DNA from: Ferroglobus placidus DSM 10642
GTDB lineage: Archaea; Halobacteriota; Archaeoglobi; Archaeoglobales; Archaeoglobaceae
Assembly (NCBI RefSeq): GCF_000025505.1
Contig: NC_013849.1
Location: 1,500,001-1,532,000, forward strand
Direction of reading: 5' to 3'
Length of the DNA: 32,000 bases
Each line of letters opens with the position of its first letter. Position 1 is the first letter of the stretch. The position numbers were made by a program, and so were the translations under genes. Below, piece after piece: positions 1-8,412 of this stretch. A model generated the notes under the pieces. The model saw only the letters and a program-made list of their open reading frames with translations, searched no databases and was not told where the DNA came from.

Positions 1-455
1 CCTACGAGAAGATTAAAGCAAATGTTGACGTTCAAATTCATCTTCACTCTCCGGTCTTCTACAGAGAAGTCCTCGAAGTTGAGAACATTAACGTCATAGG
101 GATAGAAGCTGCGAGAGATGAAAAAGCCATGGATTTCGTTGATGTTGAAGAGATAGAAAGTTACGATAAATTCCTCAGAGTTGGTGTTGCGAGAAGCGAT
201 TTCGACGCGATGATTGCAGAATACAACGCTAAAACCGGAGAGAACGTCTGGGGAGATGTTGAAAAAATGGAGAGAGCTCTGGATGAAATAGAAAGCGTCG
301 AGAAGATAAGGGGAAGGCTGAAAAAGGCTGTAGAAAAGTTCGGAGAAAGGTTGAAGTACGTTGGAGCAGATTGCGGGCTTATGAGCTTTTACTCACAAGA
401 GCTTGCTTTCAAACACCTGAGAAAAATAAAGGAAGCTAAGGAGGGATTGAAATAG
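1..455 (+). CDS. C-terminal part of a MetE-like (cobalamin-independent methionine synthase family) protein, 5' truncated by the window edge
   Basis: The frame is open from position 3 (YEKIKANVDVQIHLHSPVFYREVLEVENINVIGIEAARDEKAMDFVD...), well upstream of the ORF-track start at 129. HLHSP and YVGADCGL motifs resemble archaeal MetE core proteins. Confidence 0.6.
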   Translation, partial: YEKIKANVDVQIHLHSPVFYREVLEVENINVIGIEAARDEKAMDFVDVEEIESYDKFLRVGVARSDFDAMIAEYNAKTGENVWGDVEKMERALDEIESVEKIRGRLKKAVEKFGERLKYVGADCGLMSFYSQELAFKHLRKIKEAKEGLK

Positions 456-1069
456 ACTATCTAAGTTTCTTTTTCACGGCTTTAACGACTCTATTCGTCA
501 TAGTCGATCCCCCCGGAAACATCCCGATGTTCATAGCTTTAACAGAAAAACTCGATAAAGATTTGGTGGACAGAATTTCGAAGAAGGCTGTAACGATAGC
601 CTCGTCGATCCTCATAATTTTCGTTTTTGGCGGTTACGCAGTCATGGAATTCTTCAGAATATCGATAGAATCGTTGAAAGTGGCTGGAGGGCTTTTGCTG
701 TTTATAGTCTCGGTGGACATTTTACTCGGAAGAAAAACGAGGGAGTACTACTTCCAGAAGGGGCTTGAAAGCGTCGATGTCGATTCTATAGCAGTCTTTC
801 CTCTCGCGTTACCCCTTTACACGGGTCCCGGAGCGATAACGGCAACGATAGTCTTAGCCTCGGAAGCTGATATCGTAGGAAAAATAATTTTGGTTCTTGC
901 GATACTCGTCGTTTACGGAATAGTCAGACTCACGCACGTTTACAGCGCAGCGATAATCTCCCTTCTCGGAAAGAGCGGCTCTGATATAATCGCCAGAGTT
1001 ATGGCGATTTTCCTCGCTTCGATAGGGGTTGAGTATATATTTGACGGAGCGCTATCTATTCTGAGGTGA
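452..1069 (+). CDS. MarC-family integral membrane protein; non-canonical start suspected
   Basis: The ORF-track start at 527 cuts off conserved sequence. In-frame upstream translation gives DYLSFFFTALTTLFVIVDPPGNIPMFIALTE, typical of the MarC N terminus. Hydrophobic helices follow. Confidence 0.75.
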   Translation: MDYLSFFFTALTTLFVIVDPPGNIPMFIALTEKLDKDLVDRISKKAVTIASSILIIFVFGGYAVMEFFRISIESLKVAGGLLLFIVSVDILLGRKTREYYFQKGLESVDVDSIAVFPLALPLYTGPGAITATIVLASEADIVGKIILVLAILVVYGIVRLTHVYSAAIISLLGKSGSDIIARVMAIFLASIGVEYIFDGALSILR

Positions 1070-1073
1070 GAGC

Positions 1074-1811
1074 ATGCATAGAGCAATCGCCGAAAAAATT
1101 CCAGAGGGAAAAAAGATCGCTATCGGAATTTACAGGGAAAGAGAAGGTTACGACAAGAAAGTTATGAAAGCCGCGAAACTCTGCAACTTTGCCGAAGTTG
1201 TTGTCGTTGACGAGGGAGAAGAGACCGAAAAAAAGCTCTTAGACATGGTTGAAAAGGGGGAAGTTGATGCAGCAGTTAGAGGAACTGCGAGAGCCTCGAA
1301 GATGATCGCTGAGCTAAAAAGGAGAGGCTACGAGTTTGTGAGAATCGCTTTACTCGAAACCTTCTACGGAAAACTCTTCTTGCTCTCACCGGTCGGGGTT
1401 GACGAAGGAAAAACTTTGGCTGAGAAGATCGTGATTGCTGAAGAAGCTAAGAAAATGGCTTTAAAGCTTGGCATGAATGATAGAGTTGCTTTTTTAGCCG
1501 GAGGAAGGCTCGGGGATATTGGTAGGAGCGAGGAGGTCGACAGAAGTCTTGCTGAGGCTGAACTTCTCGCAAAAATTTGCGGGGGCGTAAATAGAGAGAT
1601 TCTACTTGAGGACGTTGAAGAGGACATAATAATTCCGCCGAACGGGATGATAGGAAACTACATATTCAGGGCGATGTGCTACCTCGGTGGAGGAAAAGAA
1701 TACGGAGCCTATTACGCTAAGCTACCCTTCACTCTGATAGACACGAGCAGAGCTCAGAGTGCCGAAGGCTATTTAAGAGCTTTAGCTTTGGCAGCGGTGA
1801 TGTCGGAATGA
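1074..1811 (+). CDS. mtxX: MtxX-like / methanogenesis marker 4-type protein (phosphotransacetylase-like fold)
   Basis: Sequence pattern (AAVRGTARASK, FLLSPVGVDEG, AFLAGGRLGDIGRS) recalled from the MtxX family; GAGGTGA Shine-Dalgarno upstream. Confidence 0.65.
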   Translation: MHRAIAEKIPEGKKIAIGIYREREGYDKKVMKAAKLCNFAEVVVVDEGEETEKKLLDMVEKGEVDAAVRGTARASKMIAELKRRGYEFVRIALLETFYGKLFLLSPVGVDEGKTLAEKIVIAEEAKKMALKLGMNDRVAFLAGGRLGDIGRSEEVDRSLAEAELLAKICGGVNREILLEDVEEDIIIPPNGMIGNYIFRAMCYLGGGKEYGAYYAKLPFTLIDTSRAQSAEGYLRALALAAVMSE

Positions 1812-2272
1812 GAGAGTATCCGAAAAGACCGGTAATCGGTGTCGGAGCTGTAATAGTAGAGGACGGGAAAATCCTACTTGTCAGAAGAGCTAACGAGCCG
1901 AACAAGAATATGTGGTCGATTCCCGGCGGGTTGGTCAGAGTAGGGGAATCGCTCCACGAAGCTTTGAAAAGGGAAATTCTCGAAGAAATCGGCGTTGAGA
2001 TAGAAATTGGAGACGTCGCTTGCGTTACTGAGGAGATATTTCTTGACGATGATGGAAGGATAAAGTATCACTACGTTATTGTCGACTTCTTTGCGAAGAT
2101 AAAAAGCGGGGAAATTAAAGCTGGAAGCGATGCGAAGGAAGTAAAGTGGATAAAGCTTGACGAGCTTGGAGAAGACGTCGTACCTTTCGTTAGAAAGCTT
2201 GCGGAAAAAATTTTGAGGGAAGAAAAAATGATATATCTGCCCGGAGGAAGGACAACCCTAAAAAGGTGTTGA
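1808..2272 (+). CDS. NUDIX hydrolase
   Basis: Nudix box GGLVRVGESLHEALKREILEEIGVEIE. Confidence 0.9.
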   Translation: MREYPKRPVIGVGAVIVEDGKILLVRRANEPNKNMWSIPGGLVRVGESLHEALKREILEEIGVEIEIGDVACVTEEIFLDDDGRIKYHYVIVDFFAKIKSGEIKAGSDAKEVKWIKLDELGEDVVPFVRKLAEKILREEKMIYLPGGRTTLKRC

Positions 2273-2275
2273 TGT

Positions 2276-3538
2276 ATGAGTGTCGAGGAAGTTTACGAAG
2301 TCATAAGAAAACACACGGAATTTTACAAAAACTCCCTCCCGCTGATAGCGAGCGAAAACATAACGAGCAAGTTCGTTAGAAATTGTTACATCAGCGATCT
2401 CGGGCATAGATATGCTGAAGGGAAAATAGGGGAGAGGTTTTACGAGGGTTGCAGCTTCGTGGACGAAATCGAGTTAATGGCTGTAAACCTCATGAAAGAG
2501 CTCGTTAAAGCTCCCCACGTTAACGTTCAGCCGATAAGCGGTGTCGTAGCAAACATGGCTGGATTTTTCGCTTTAACAAATCCGGGAGATAAAATATTCG
2601 CCCTCTCAATTCCTTCCGGAGGTCACATTAGTCATGAGAAGTATTCCGCAGCGGGTTTGAGGGGTTTGCAAGTATTGCATTACCCTTTCGATGCTGAAAT
2701 TATGAACATAGACGTTGACGAGACTAAGAAGCTTGCGGAAAAGGAGAAGCCGAAGCTTTTCGTTTTGGGTGGCAGCCTCTTCTTATTCCCCCATCCGGTT
2801 AAGGAGATTTCGGAGATTGCTGCCGAAATTAACGCTAAGGTCATGTACGATGGGAGCCACGTTCTCGGGCTCATAGCTGGAGGAGAATTTCAAAACCCGA
2901 TGGAAGAAGGGGCTGACGTTTTAACAGCTTCCACCCACAAAACGTTTTTCGGACCTCAGAGAGCGATAATAGCTTGCAGAGAAGAGTTGGCAGATAGGGT
3001 TGATAAAGCCGTTTTCCCCGGAGTTGTGAGCAACCATCATCTAAACACTTTAGCCGGACTCGTTATCGCTGCGATGGAATTCAAGGAGTTCGGGAGAGAT
3101 TATGCGGAGCAGACCGTTAAAAATGCGAAGAGACTTGCGGAAGAACTGGCTGAGGAAGGATTAAAAGTTTTGGGAGAAGACCTCGGCTTTACCGAGTCGC
3201 ACCAAGTGGCAGTGGATGTTAGAAAACAAGGAGGAGGAGCTAAAGTTGCCAAAAAGCTTGAGAAGGCTAACATAATTCTGAACAAAAACCTGTTGCCTTG
3301 GGATTCGATTAAGGATACGGAAAACCCCTCGGGAATAAGGATCGGAGTTCAGGAGGTAACGAGGCTTGGTATGAAGGAGAGCGAAATGGACGTCATAGCC
3401 AAGCTTATAGCCGACGTGATTTTGGACAGGAGAAGCGTTGATAAAGTTAGAAAGGACGTTATCTCTTTAAAGAAGGAATTCAGCAAGGTAAAGTACACTT
3501 TCGAAGAACACGAGGCTTACGAATTTTTGAGAATTTAA
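2276..3538 (+). CDS. glyA: Serine hydroxymethyltransferase (archaeal type)
   Basis: LPLIASENITS, GHRYAEGKIG, PISGVVANMAGFFAL, and the PLP-lysine region TASTHKTFFGPQ. Confidence 0.9.
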   Translation: MSVEEVYEVIRKHTEFYKNSLPLIASENITSKFVRNCYISDLGHRYAEGKIGERFYEGCSFVDEIELMAVNLMKELVKAPHVNVQPISGVVANMAGFFALTNPGDKIFALSIPSGGHISHEKYSAAGLRGLQVLHYPFDAEIMNIDVDETKKLAEKEKPKLFVLGGSLFLFPHPVKEISEIAAEINAKVMYDGSHVLGLIAGGEFQNPMEEGADVLTASTHKTFFGPQRAIIACREELADRVDKAVFPGVVSNHHLNTLAGLVIAAMEFKEFGRDYAEQTVKNAKRLAEELAEEGLKVLGEDLGFTESHQVAVDVRKQGGGAKVAKKLEKANIILNKNLLPWDSIKDTENPSGIRIGVQEVTRLGMKESEMDVIAKLIADVILDRRSVDKVRKDVISLKKEFSKVKYTFEEHEAYEFLRI

Positions 3539-3584
3539 TCACTCCACGGAAAGTTATATCAGAGAGAAATTTTAATATTACAAT

Positions 3585-4088
3585 ATGACGCACCACGACG
3601 TTTTAATGACCGGAGAAGCTTTGGTTGGAGAAGGGAATGAAGTAGCCCACGTAGACATTCTGATAGGCAGGAGAGACGGACCGGTTGGGATAGCCTTCGC
3701 AATGGCTTTAGGAGCTCCCTCTCCGGGACATGGGGGATTGACGGCAATAATCGCTCCGAACTTGGCTGTTAAGCCGCCTACTGTCATAGTTCCAACCGTG
3801 ACGATAAAGAACATGAAGCAAGGTGAGTTAATCTTCGGACCGGCTCAAAAGGCTGTTGCCGACGCTGTGGCTGACGCTGTTAAGGAGGGGATTATTCCGA
3901 GAGACAAAATAGACGAGTGGTGCATAGTCGCTAACGTCTTCATCCATCCGGCGGCACAGGATAAAAAGAAGATCTACGAGTACAACTACCAAGCTACGAA
4001 GCTGGCTATAGAAAGGGCTGTGAAGAATCTGCCAACTCCCGAGGAAGTGGAAGAAAAGAGGAAAGACGCGAAGCATCCGTTCGCTTAA
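3585..4088 (+). CDS. fae: Formaldehyde-activating enzyme
   Basis: GEALVGEGNEVAHVDILIG, LGAPSPGHGGLTAI, VANVFIHPAAQDKKKIYEYNYQATKLAI are diagnostic of Fae. Confidence 0.93.
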   Translation: MTHHDVLMTGEALVGEGNEVAHVDILIGRRDGPVGIAFAMALGAPSPGHGGLTAIIAPNLAVKPPTVIVPTVTIKNMKQGELIFGPAQKAVADAVADAVKEGIIPRDKIDEWCIVANVFIHPAAQDKKKIYEYNYQATKLAIERAVKNLPTPEEVEEKRKDAKHPFA

Positions 4089-5161
4089 CCCACTATTTTT
4101 TCGTAATCCTTTTCAACTTCCTTCAAAAACGCACTTTCGTATCCCTTCACGTAGGCTAAAAGCGTAGCTCCGCCCATTCCGACTCCTTCCTTAACGAATC
4201 CCTCCTCGTAAGCTTTCAATCCTTCCTTGCTCGAATTTTTGAGCAAAGGATCTGCAGCTATAACGTTAGCGTCTTCGGGAGTTATGCCTACGATGTCAGC
4301 CGTTCTGTCTTTGGCTATGTAGCTCGTAGTAGCAATGTTTACCTTGAAGTCCTTTTTGAAGAGCTTGATGAGGTTGGCTACGGCTGCCATCTGAGTTCCG
4401 CCGGCTAAAACGACTGGCTTTTCGCTTCCCAAAGCAACCCCCGTAACTCCGATCATCACGGGATCTCCAACTTTAGCGATTATTTCGATTGGATCTTCCG
4501 AATTTACCCTGCTTGCAGCTCTCTCAATAACTTTCATCTTTATCTCAACTGGATTTTCCGGCATACTCGACGAAACCTTCGGCTCTTTTCCAAGAGCTTT
4601 TAAGACAGCCCCAGCTGTTGTCGTGCCGGCTGGAATGCTTTCTGCGATCATCAAACAGTCGGAATTCTTAGAAACTTCTTTACCGAAAATTTTAGCGTAC
4701 TCAAAAGCCTCTTCAACCCTCTCAATGTTCATCGCCTCTCTTTCGTATATGTTCTCCCCAACTGGAGCGTTTATAGACACGTAAGGAATCTTCGGCTTTA
4801 TCATCAGTCCAGAATCGACAACAAAAAGCTGCGGCTTGACGAGTCTTAGAGCTGTGTAGGTTATCAGAGCTGGAGTTGGCTTTCCGTCCGGCGTGGCTGG
4901 AGGGAAGGGAATGCTCCTGCATTTTCCGTAATACAAGAGCTCCGCATCAGCTGGCGGAGTGAACTTTATCAAGTCCGGATTAGCTCCAGCCACCGTAATT
5001 CCCGGAATTTCCGCCGTTTTCGTGTTACCTATGCACAAAACGAAGCTGACGTCCCCTTTTAACAGCTCTGAAAAATCTCTTCCCTTCAAAACCTCGTACA
5101 TGAAAGAAAGGAGGATTAGCCAGTGAAAAACTCTTGCGTTTGTAATACGTACGTAATTCAA
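4085..5161 (-). CDS. Archaeal CobT-like protein (nicotinate-nucleotide-dimethylbenzimidazole phosphoribosyltransferase-related)
   Basis: Glycine-rich GVTGVALGSEKPVVLAGGTQMAAVANL and archaeal CobT-like architecture. The true start is probably the Met at about 5101 (MYEVLKGRDFSELL). Confidence 0.75.
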   Translation of the reverse strand: MNYVRITNARVFHWLILLSFMYEVLKGRDFSELLKGDVSFVLCIGNTKTAEIPGITVAGANPDLIKFTPPADAELLYYGKCRSIPFPPATPDGKPTPALITYTALRLVKPQLFVVDSGLMIKPKIPYVSINAPVGENIYEREAMNIERVEEAFEYAKIFGKEVSKNSDCLMIAESIPAGTTTAGAVLKALGKEPKVSSSMPENPVEIKMKVIERAASRVNSEDPIEIIAKVGDPVMIGVTGVALGSEKPVVLAGGTQMAAVANLIKLFKKDFKVNIATTSYIAKDRTADIVGITPEDANVIAADPLLKNSSKEGLKAYEEGFVKEGVGMGGATLLAYVKGYESAFLKEVEKDYEKIVG

Positions 5162-5162
5162 A

Positions 5163-5699
5163 TCAGCTTAAAGCGAAGTGCACCCCCTTCTCAACGAGCA
5201 TTGAGATAAACGCTGTTACTATTCCAAAAGCTGCCATCTTAGCGAAGGAAAGAGCTAAGTTTTCCTTTGAAAGCTTTCCTAAGTACAATCCTATGAGTCC
5301 GAGGGATATCGTTGTGAGGACTATTGAAACGAGGGTTGCGAGGAACGGACTTGCGTTTAGCATAATCGCGAAGAAGAAAGGCAAAACAACTATGATGCTG
5401 CCGAAAATGGTGGAAGCTCCGTCGACGAGACTTCTCGTCAAAACTCTTCTCCTGACTCTCTTGTAAATTTCCGTCTCCTTTAAATTTTTGAGCATCGCCT
5501 TCTCTATTTTAACTATTTGCATCTCTTCTTCGATTCTCTCAGCCGTGAAGGCTCCGAATATGTTGGACAAACCGTTCGCCACTCCCCCACCGATTCCGGC
5601 AGCTATTATAATCGATATTTCCGCTCCCGATGCTCCGATGACCACTCCGAGGGTTGAAAGAGAGCCGTCTATGAAGCCCCTAACGAGCTGCCTCTCCAC
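5163..5699 (-). CDS. VIT1/CCC1-like predicted membrane transporter
   Basis: Start FIDGSLSTLGVVIGASG, then a charged helix and several predicted transmembrane helices. Confidence 0.65.
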   Translation of the reverse strand: MERQLVRGFIDGSLSTLGVVIGASGAEISIIIAAGIGGGVANGLSNIFGAFTAERIEEEMQIVKIEKAMLKNLKETEIYKRVRRRVLTRSLVDGASTIFGSIIVVLPFFFAIMLNASPFLATLVSIVLTTISLGLIGLYLGKLSKENLALSFAKMAAFGIVTAFISMLVEKGVHFALS

Positions 5700-5722
5700 A
5701 AATTGAGTTGTAAACTCTTCTT

Positions 5723-6340
5723 TTATTCTTTTTCTCTCAACTTCGCAGCAATGTTATCGAACTTCTTACTTACCTCCTCTCCAAATAGTTTCGTGAGTAC
5801 TTTGTGAAGCTCCTCTTCAGCAAGAACGTCTTCTATGATTTCCTCAATCTCGTAAATTCGGAAGCCGAATTTTCTTTCCACGTAGGCTAAAGGCATGAAG
5901 AGAACCTTACCTTTGTACTCTATAGCCGGAGACATCAGCTTTTTTACGTTCCCAGTTTTTAGCAAATAGCTTACGAAATTGCTTTGTAAGAATTCGTCGC
6001 TCTCGTAATTCCCATCGAGGATCGAATATTCTTCAGCTTCGTCCAACTCCTTTTCCGCGCATATCTTGTAGTATTCGACGAAAAGCTTCTCTATCAAATC
6101 CTCCCATCTCCCAATTCTGTCCGCGAGTTCTATCAGCTTTTTATTCGTCGGATCTTCGCGAAGAGCATTTAAAAGCTGGGATTTCGCACTCTGAACTCTC
6201 GGGTAAATTACGTGTTCGTATAAATCCCTTTCGAGAACGTTAGCTTGGTAAAAACCTCTCTCAGCGTCCCACTCTATCCACTTCTGCACTCTCAAAGCGA
6301 TTTCATGCATCAACTCGTCTATCGCTTTTTTCGAGAGCAT
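5723..6340 (-). CDS. Conserved archaeal hypothetical protein
   Basis: 205-aa ORF with archaeal-like composition; no recognised domain. Confidence 0.65.
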   Translation of the reverse strand: MLSKKAIDELMHEIALRVQKWIEWDAERGFYQANVLERDLYEHVIYPRVQSAKSQLLNALREDPTNKKLIELADRIGRWEDLIEKLFVEYYKICAEKELDEAEEYSILDGNYESDEFLQSNFVSYLLKTGNVKKLMSPAIEYKGKVLFMPLAYVERKFGFRIYEIEEIIEDVLAEEELHKVLTKLFGEEVSKKFDNIAAKLREKE

Positions 6341-6345
6341 ATCAA

Positions 6346-6831
6346 ATGAAAAATACTTATAGATCTTTATTCCACTTTCGCTCGATGAGCGGTAGCGTGC
6401 TTTACTTCTCCTACACTGGCAATTCGAAAAAAATTGCCAAAACTCTCGCTAAGGAAGTTAAAGCGAAGCTCATCGAAGTTAAGCCAGTTTTAGAACTCCC
6501 TTACGTTTTCTGGCTATCTTTGTCTTTCTTTCCCCTGCTCGGGTTTCCGGTTAAAGATGTTGAGGTGAAAGACTACAGGGTAGCCGTATGCTTCCCGAAA
6601 TGGACGTTCAATTGCCCTCCGATAACGGAGCTCCTTAAGAGGGGCGTTTTTAGAGGGAAAAAAGTGTTTCTGTTCATCTCCTACGCCGGATGGAGAGAAA
6701 AGGAGTACGCTGACTTTTACGAGAAGCTCTTCGAGAGTTTCGGGGCTAAAGTTCAGCTCGTGGAACTTGTCAAAAGAGACGAGTTAAAGAGCTCTCAGAT
6801 AGTCAGGTTTAAGAACCTCTGGATGCTCTAA
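6346..6831 (+). CDS. Flavodoxin-like protein
   Basis: MSGSVLYFSYTGNSKKIAKTLAKE resembles a flavodoxin FMN-binding loop. Start probably at the internal Met of MSGSVLYF (~6385). Confidence 0.7.
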   Translation: MKNTYRSLFHFRSMSGSVLYFSYTGNSKKIAKTLAKEVKAKLIEVKPVLELPYVFWLSLSFFPLLGFPVKDVEVKDYRVAVCFPKWTFNCPPITELLKRGVFRGKKVFLFISYAGWREKEYADFYEKLFESFGAKVQLVELVKRDELKSSQIVRFKNLWML

Positions 6832-7650
6832 AGCGAAGTCTATCTCTCTCAAAAGCTTTTCCTTCTCCTCGGGCAAATTTGCTTTCAGAGGGAGGTAGTT
6901 GGAGGCGTGGTTTGCTCTGAAGACTGTTTTATACTCAAGCAGTTCGACGATTCTTCTAAGCTCGAGCAGCAGCTCTTTCTTGTTAAGCAGCTCAAACTCT
7001 CCCCTCAAAACTTTCCTGTGGAGAGGAGTCCCCTCTACGACCATGAGAGTTAGAAAAGCTGTGTAATGCGGCTTCATCTCGTTGAGGAGCTTTGCAGTGT
7101 TTTCCGCGTGCTCTTCGCTCCTTTTTCTCCCACCGAGTCCGAGTATAGCTGTGACCGAAAGCGTCACTCCGTTTTCTATCGCTTTTCTTCCAGCTTTAAG
7201 TATTTCTTTGCTCGTCGCACCTTTCTTAACTTCTTTCAAAACAACGTCATCTCCAGACTCTATTCCAAGGTAAATTAGCCTTAAACCACTCTCAGCCAGC
7301 AACGAAATTTCTTCATCGCTTTTCGCGAGAATGTCCATCGGAGTTGCGTATATCGAGATTCTTTCGAGGTTGGGGAAAACCTTTTTTGCCATCGAAATTA
7401 TCTTAAGGAGCTTCTCCGTGGACATGCAAAAAGCGTTTCCGTCTGCGATAAACATTCTTTTTGCATCAGGATAAAACTCCTTTAAAATTAGCAAATCTCT
7501 CCAAATCTCCTCCAAACTTTTCTCCCTGAACTTTTTCATTTTGTAAGAGCCGCAGAACGTGCATTTGTTGTGAGAGCAGCCTATTGTAGCCTGAAGAATA
7601 ACGCTTTTTGCTTCACTCGGCGGTCTGAAAAGTGGCAGATCGTAGATCAC
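6784..7650 (-). CDS. Radical SAM protein
   Basis: Cluster motif CSHNKCTFCGSY (CxxxxxxCxFC variant) and the GLRLIYLGIESGDDVVLK core. Confidence 0.85.
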   Translation of the reverse strand: MIYDLPLFRPPSEAKSVILQATIGCSHNKCTFCGSYKMKKFREKSLEEIWRDLLILKEFYPDAKRMFIADGNAFCMSTEKLLKIISMAKKVFPNLERISIYATPMDILAKSDEEISLLAESGLRLIYLGIESGDDVVLKEVKKGATSKEILKAGRKAIENGVTLSVTAILGLGGRKRSEEHAENTAKLLNEMKPHYTAFLTLMVVEGTPLHRKVLRGEFELLNKKELLLELRRIVELLEYKTVFRANHASNYLPLKANLPEEKEKLLREIDFALEHPEVLKPDYLRAL

Positions 7651-7689
7651 GAAAAACGATCTTGCTAATTGCTAAAAAGGGTATCGTTT

Positions 7690-7699
7690 GACCATGGTC
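7690..7699. promoter_or_regulatory. Perfect 10-bp palindrome GACCATGGTC (16 bp imperfect at 7687..7702) in a divergent intergenic region
   Basis: Read directly: ..cgTTTGACCATGGTCGAAac.. between the starts at 7650 (-) and 7738 (+), just upstream of an AT-rich TATA-like stretch. Confidence 0.35.
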
Positions 7700-7737
7700 G
7701 AAACATGTTTTTATTTTATTGAAGCTGAGGATTTTTC

Positions 7738-8412
7738 GTGAAGCTCTTCGAAATTTCTGGGTTGAAGGAAGGAAGATTGCTCAGGAGGCTGAACAGGTTC
7801 ACTCTGGAGGTTGAAGTTGATGGGAAAGTGAAGTTGGCGAACCTTCGAGATTCTGGAAGGTTGCCCGAATTAATGAAGGAAGGAAATAGAGTTTTGCTTA
7901 AGGAGAAGAAGGGAGGAAAGACCTCCTATGTTGTCTTTACGATATTTGACGAAGAAGTGCCGGTAATTGTAAACTCTTCCCTCCACGGCAAGTTAGCTGA
8001 GAAAATTCTCCTCAGCGAAGGTTACGAGATTTTGAAAAGGGAAGTGAAAGTCGAAAACAGCAGAATCGATTTCCTCGTTAAGAAAGGAGATGTCAGACTG
8101 CTCGAGGTTAAAGGGTGTACCCTCGTGAAGAACGGAATCGCTCTTTTTCCGGACTCTCCAACCGAAAGAGGCTTGAAGCATTTGACGATTCTCGAAAAAT
8201 TCGGAGGAGAAGTTCTCTTCTTGGTTATGAGGAACGACGCTGAAGTTTTGTCTCCAAATTTCGCCACTCACAAAAAATTTGCAGAGAAGCTCGAAAGCTT
8301 GTCTAAGAAGATTGAAATTAAAGCCGCAAAACTAAATCCTGTTGTGGAGAATGGCACATTAAAAATCTATCATTCCGGCTACATTCCGGTGGTATTCAAA
8401 AAAGTTATTTAA
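7738..8412 (+). CDS. sfsA: SfsA family protein (DNA-binding/nuclease-like)
   Basis: Matches SfsA pattern: VKLANLRDSGRLPELMKEG, SRIDFLVKKGDVRLLEVKGCTLV, FPDSPTERGLKHL. Confidence 0.9.
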   Translation: MKLFEISGLKEGRLLRRLNRFTLEVEVDGKVKLANLRDSGRLPELMKEGNRVLLKEKKGGKTSYVVFTIFDEEVPVIVNSSLHGKLAEKILLSEGYEILKREVKVENSRIDFLVKKGDVRLLEVKGCTLVKNGIALFPDSPTERGLKHLTILEKFGGEVLFLVMRNDAEVLSPNFATHKKFAEKLESLSKKIEIKAAKLNPVVENGTLKIYHSGYIPVVFKKVI

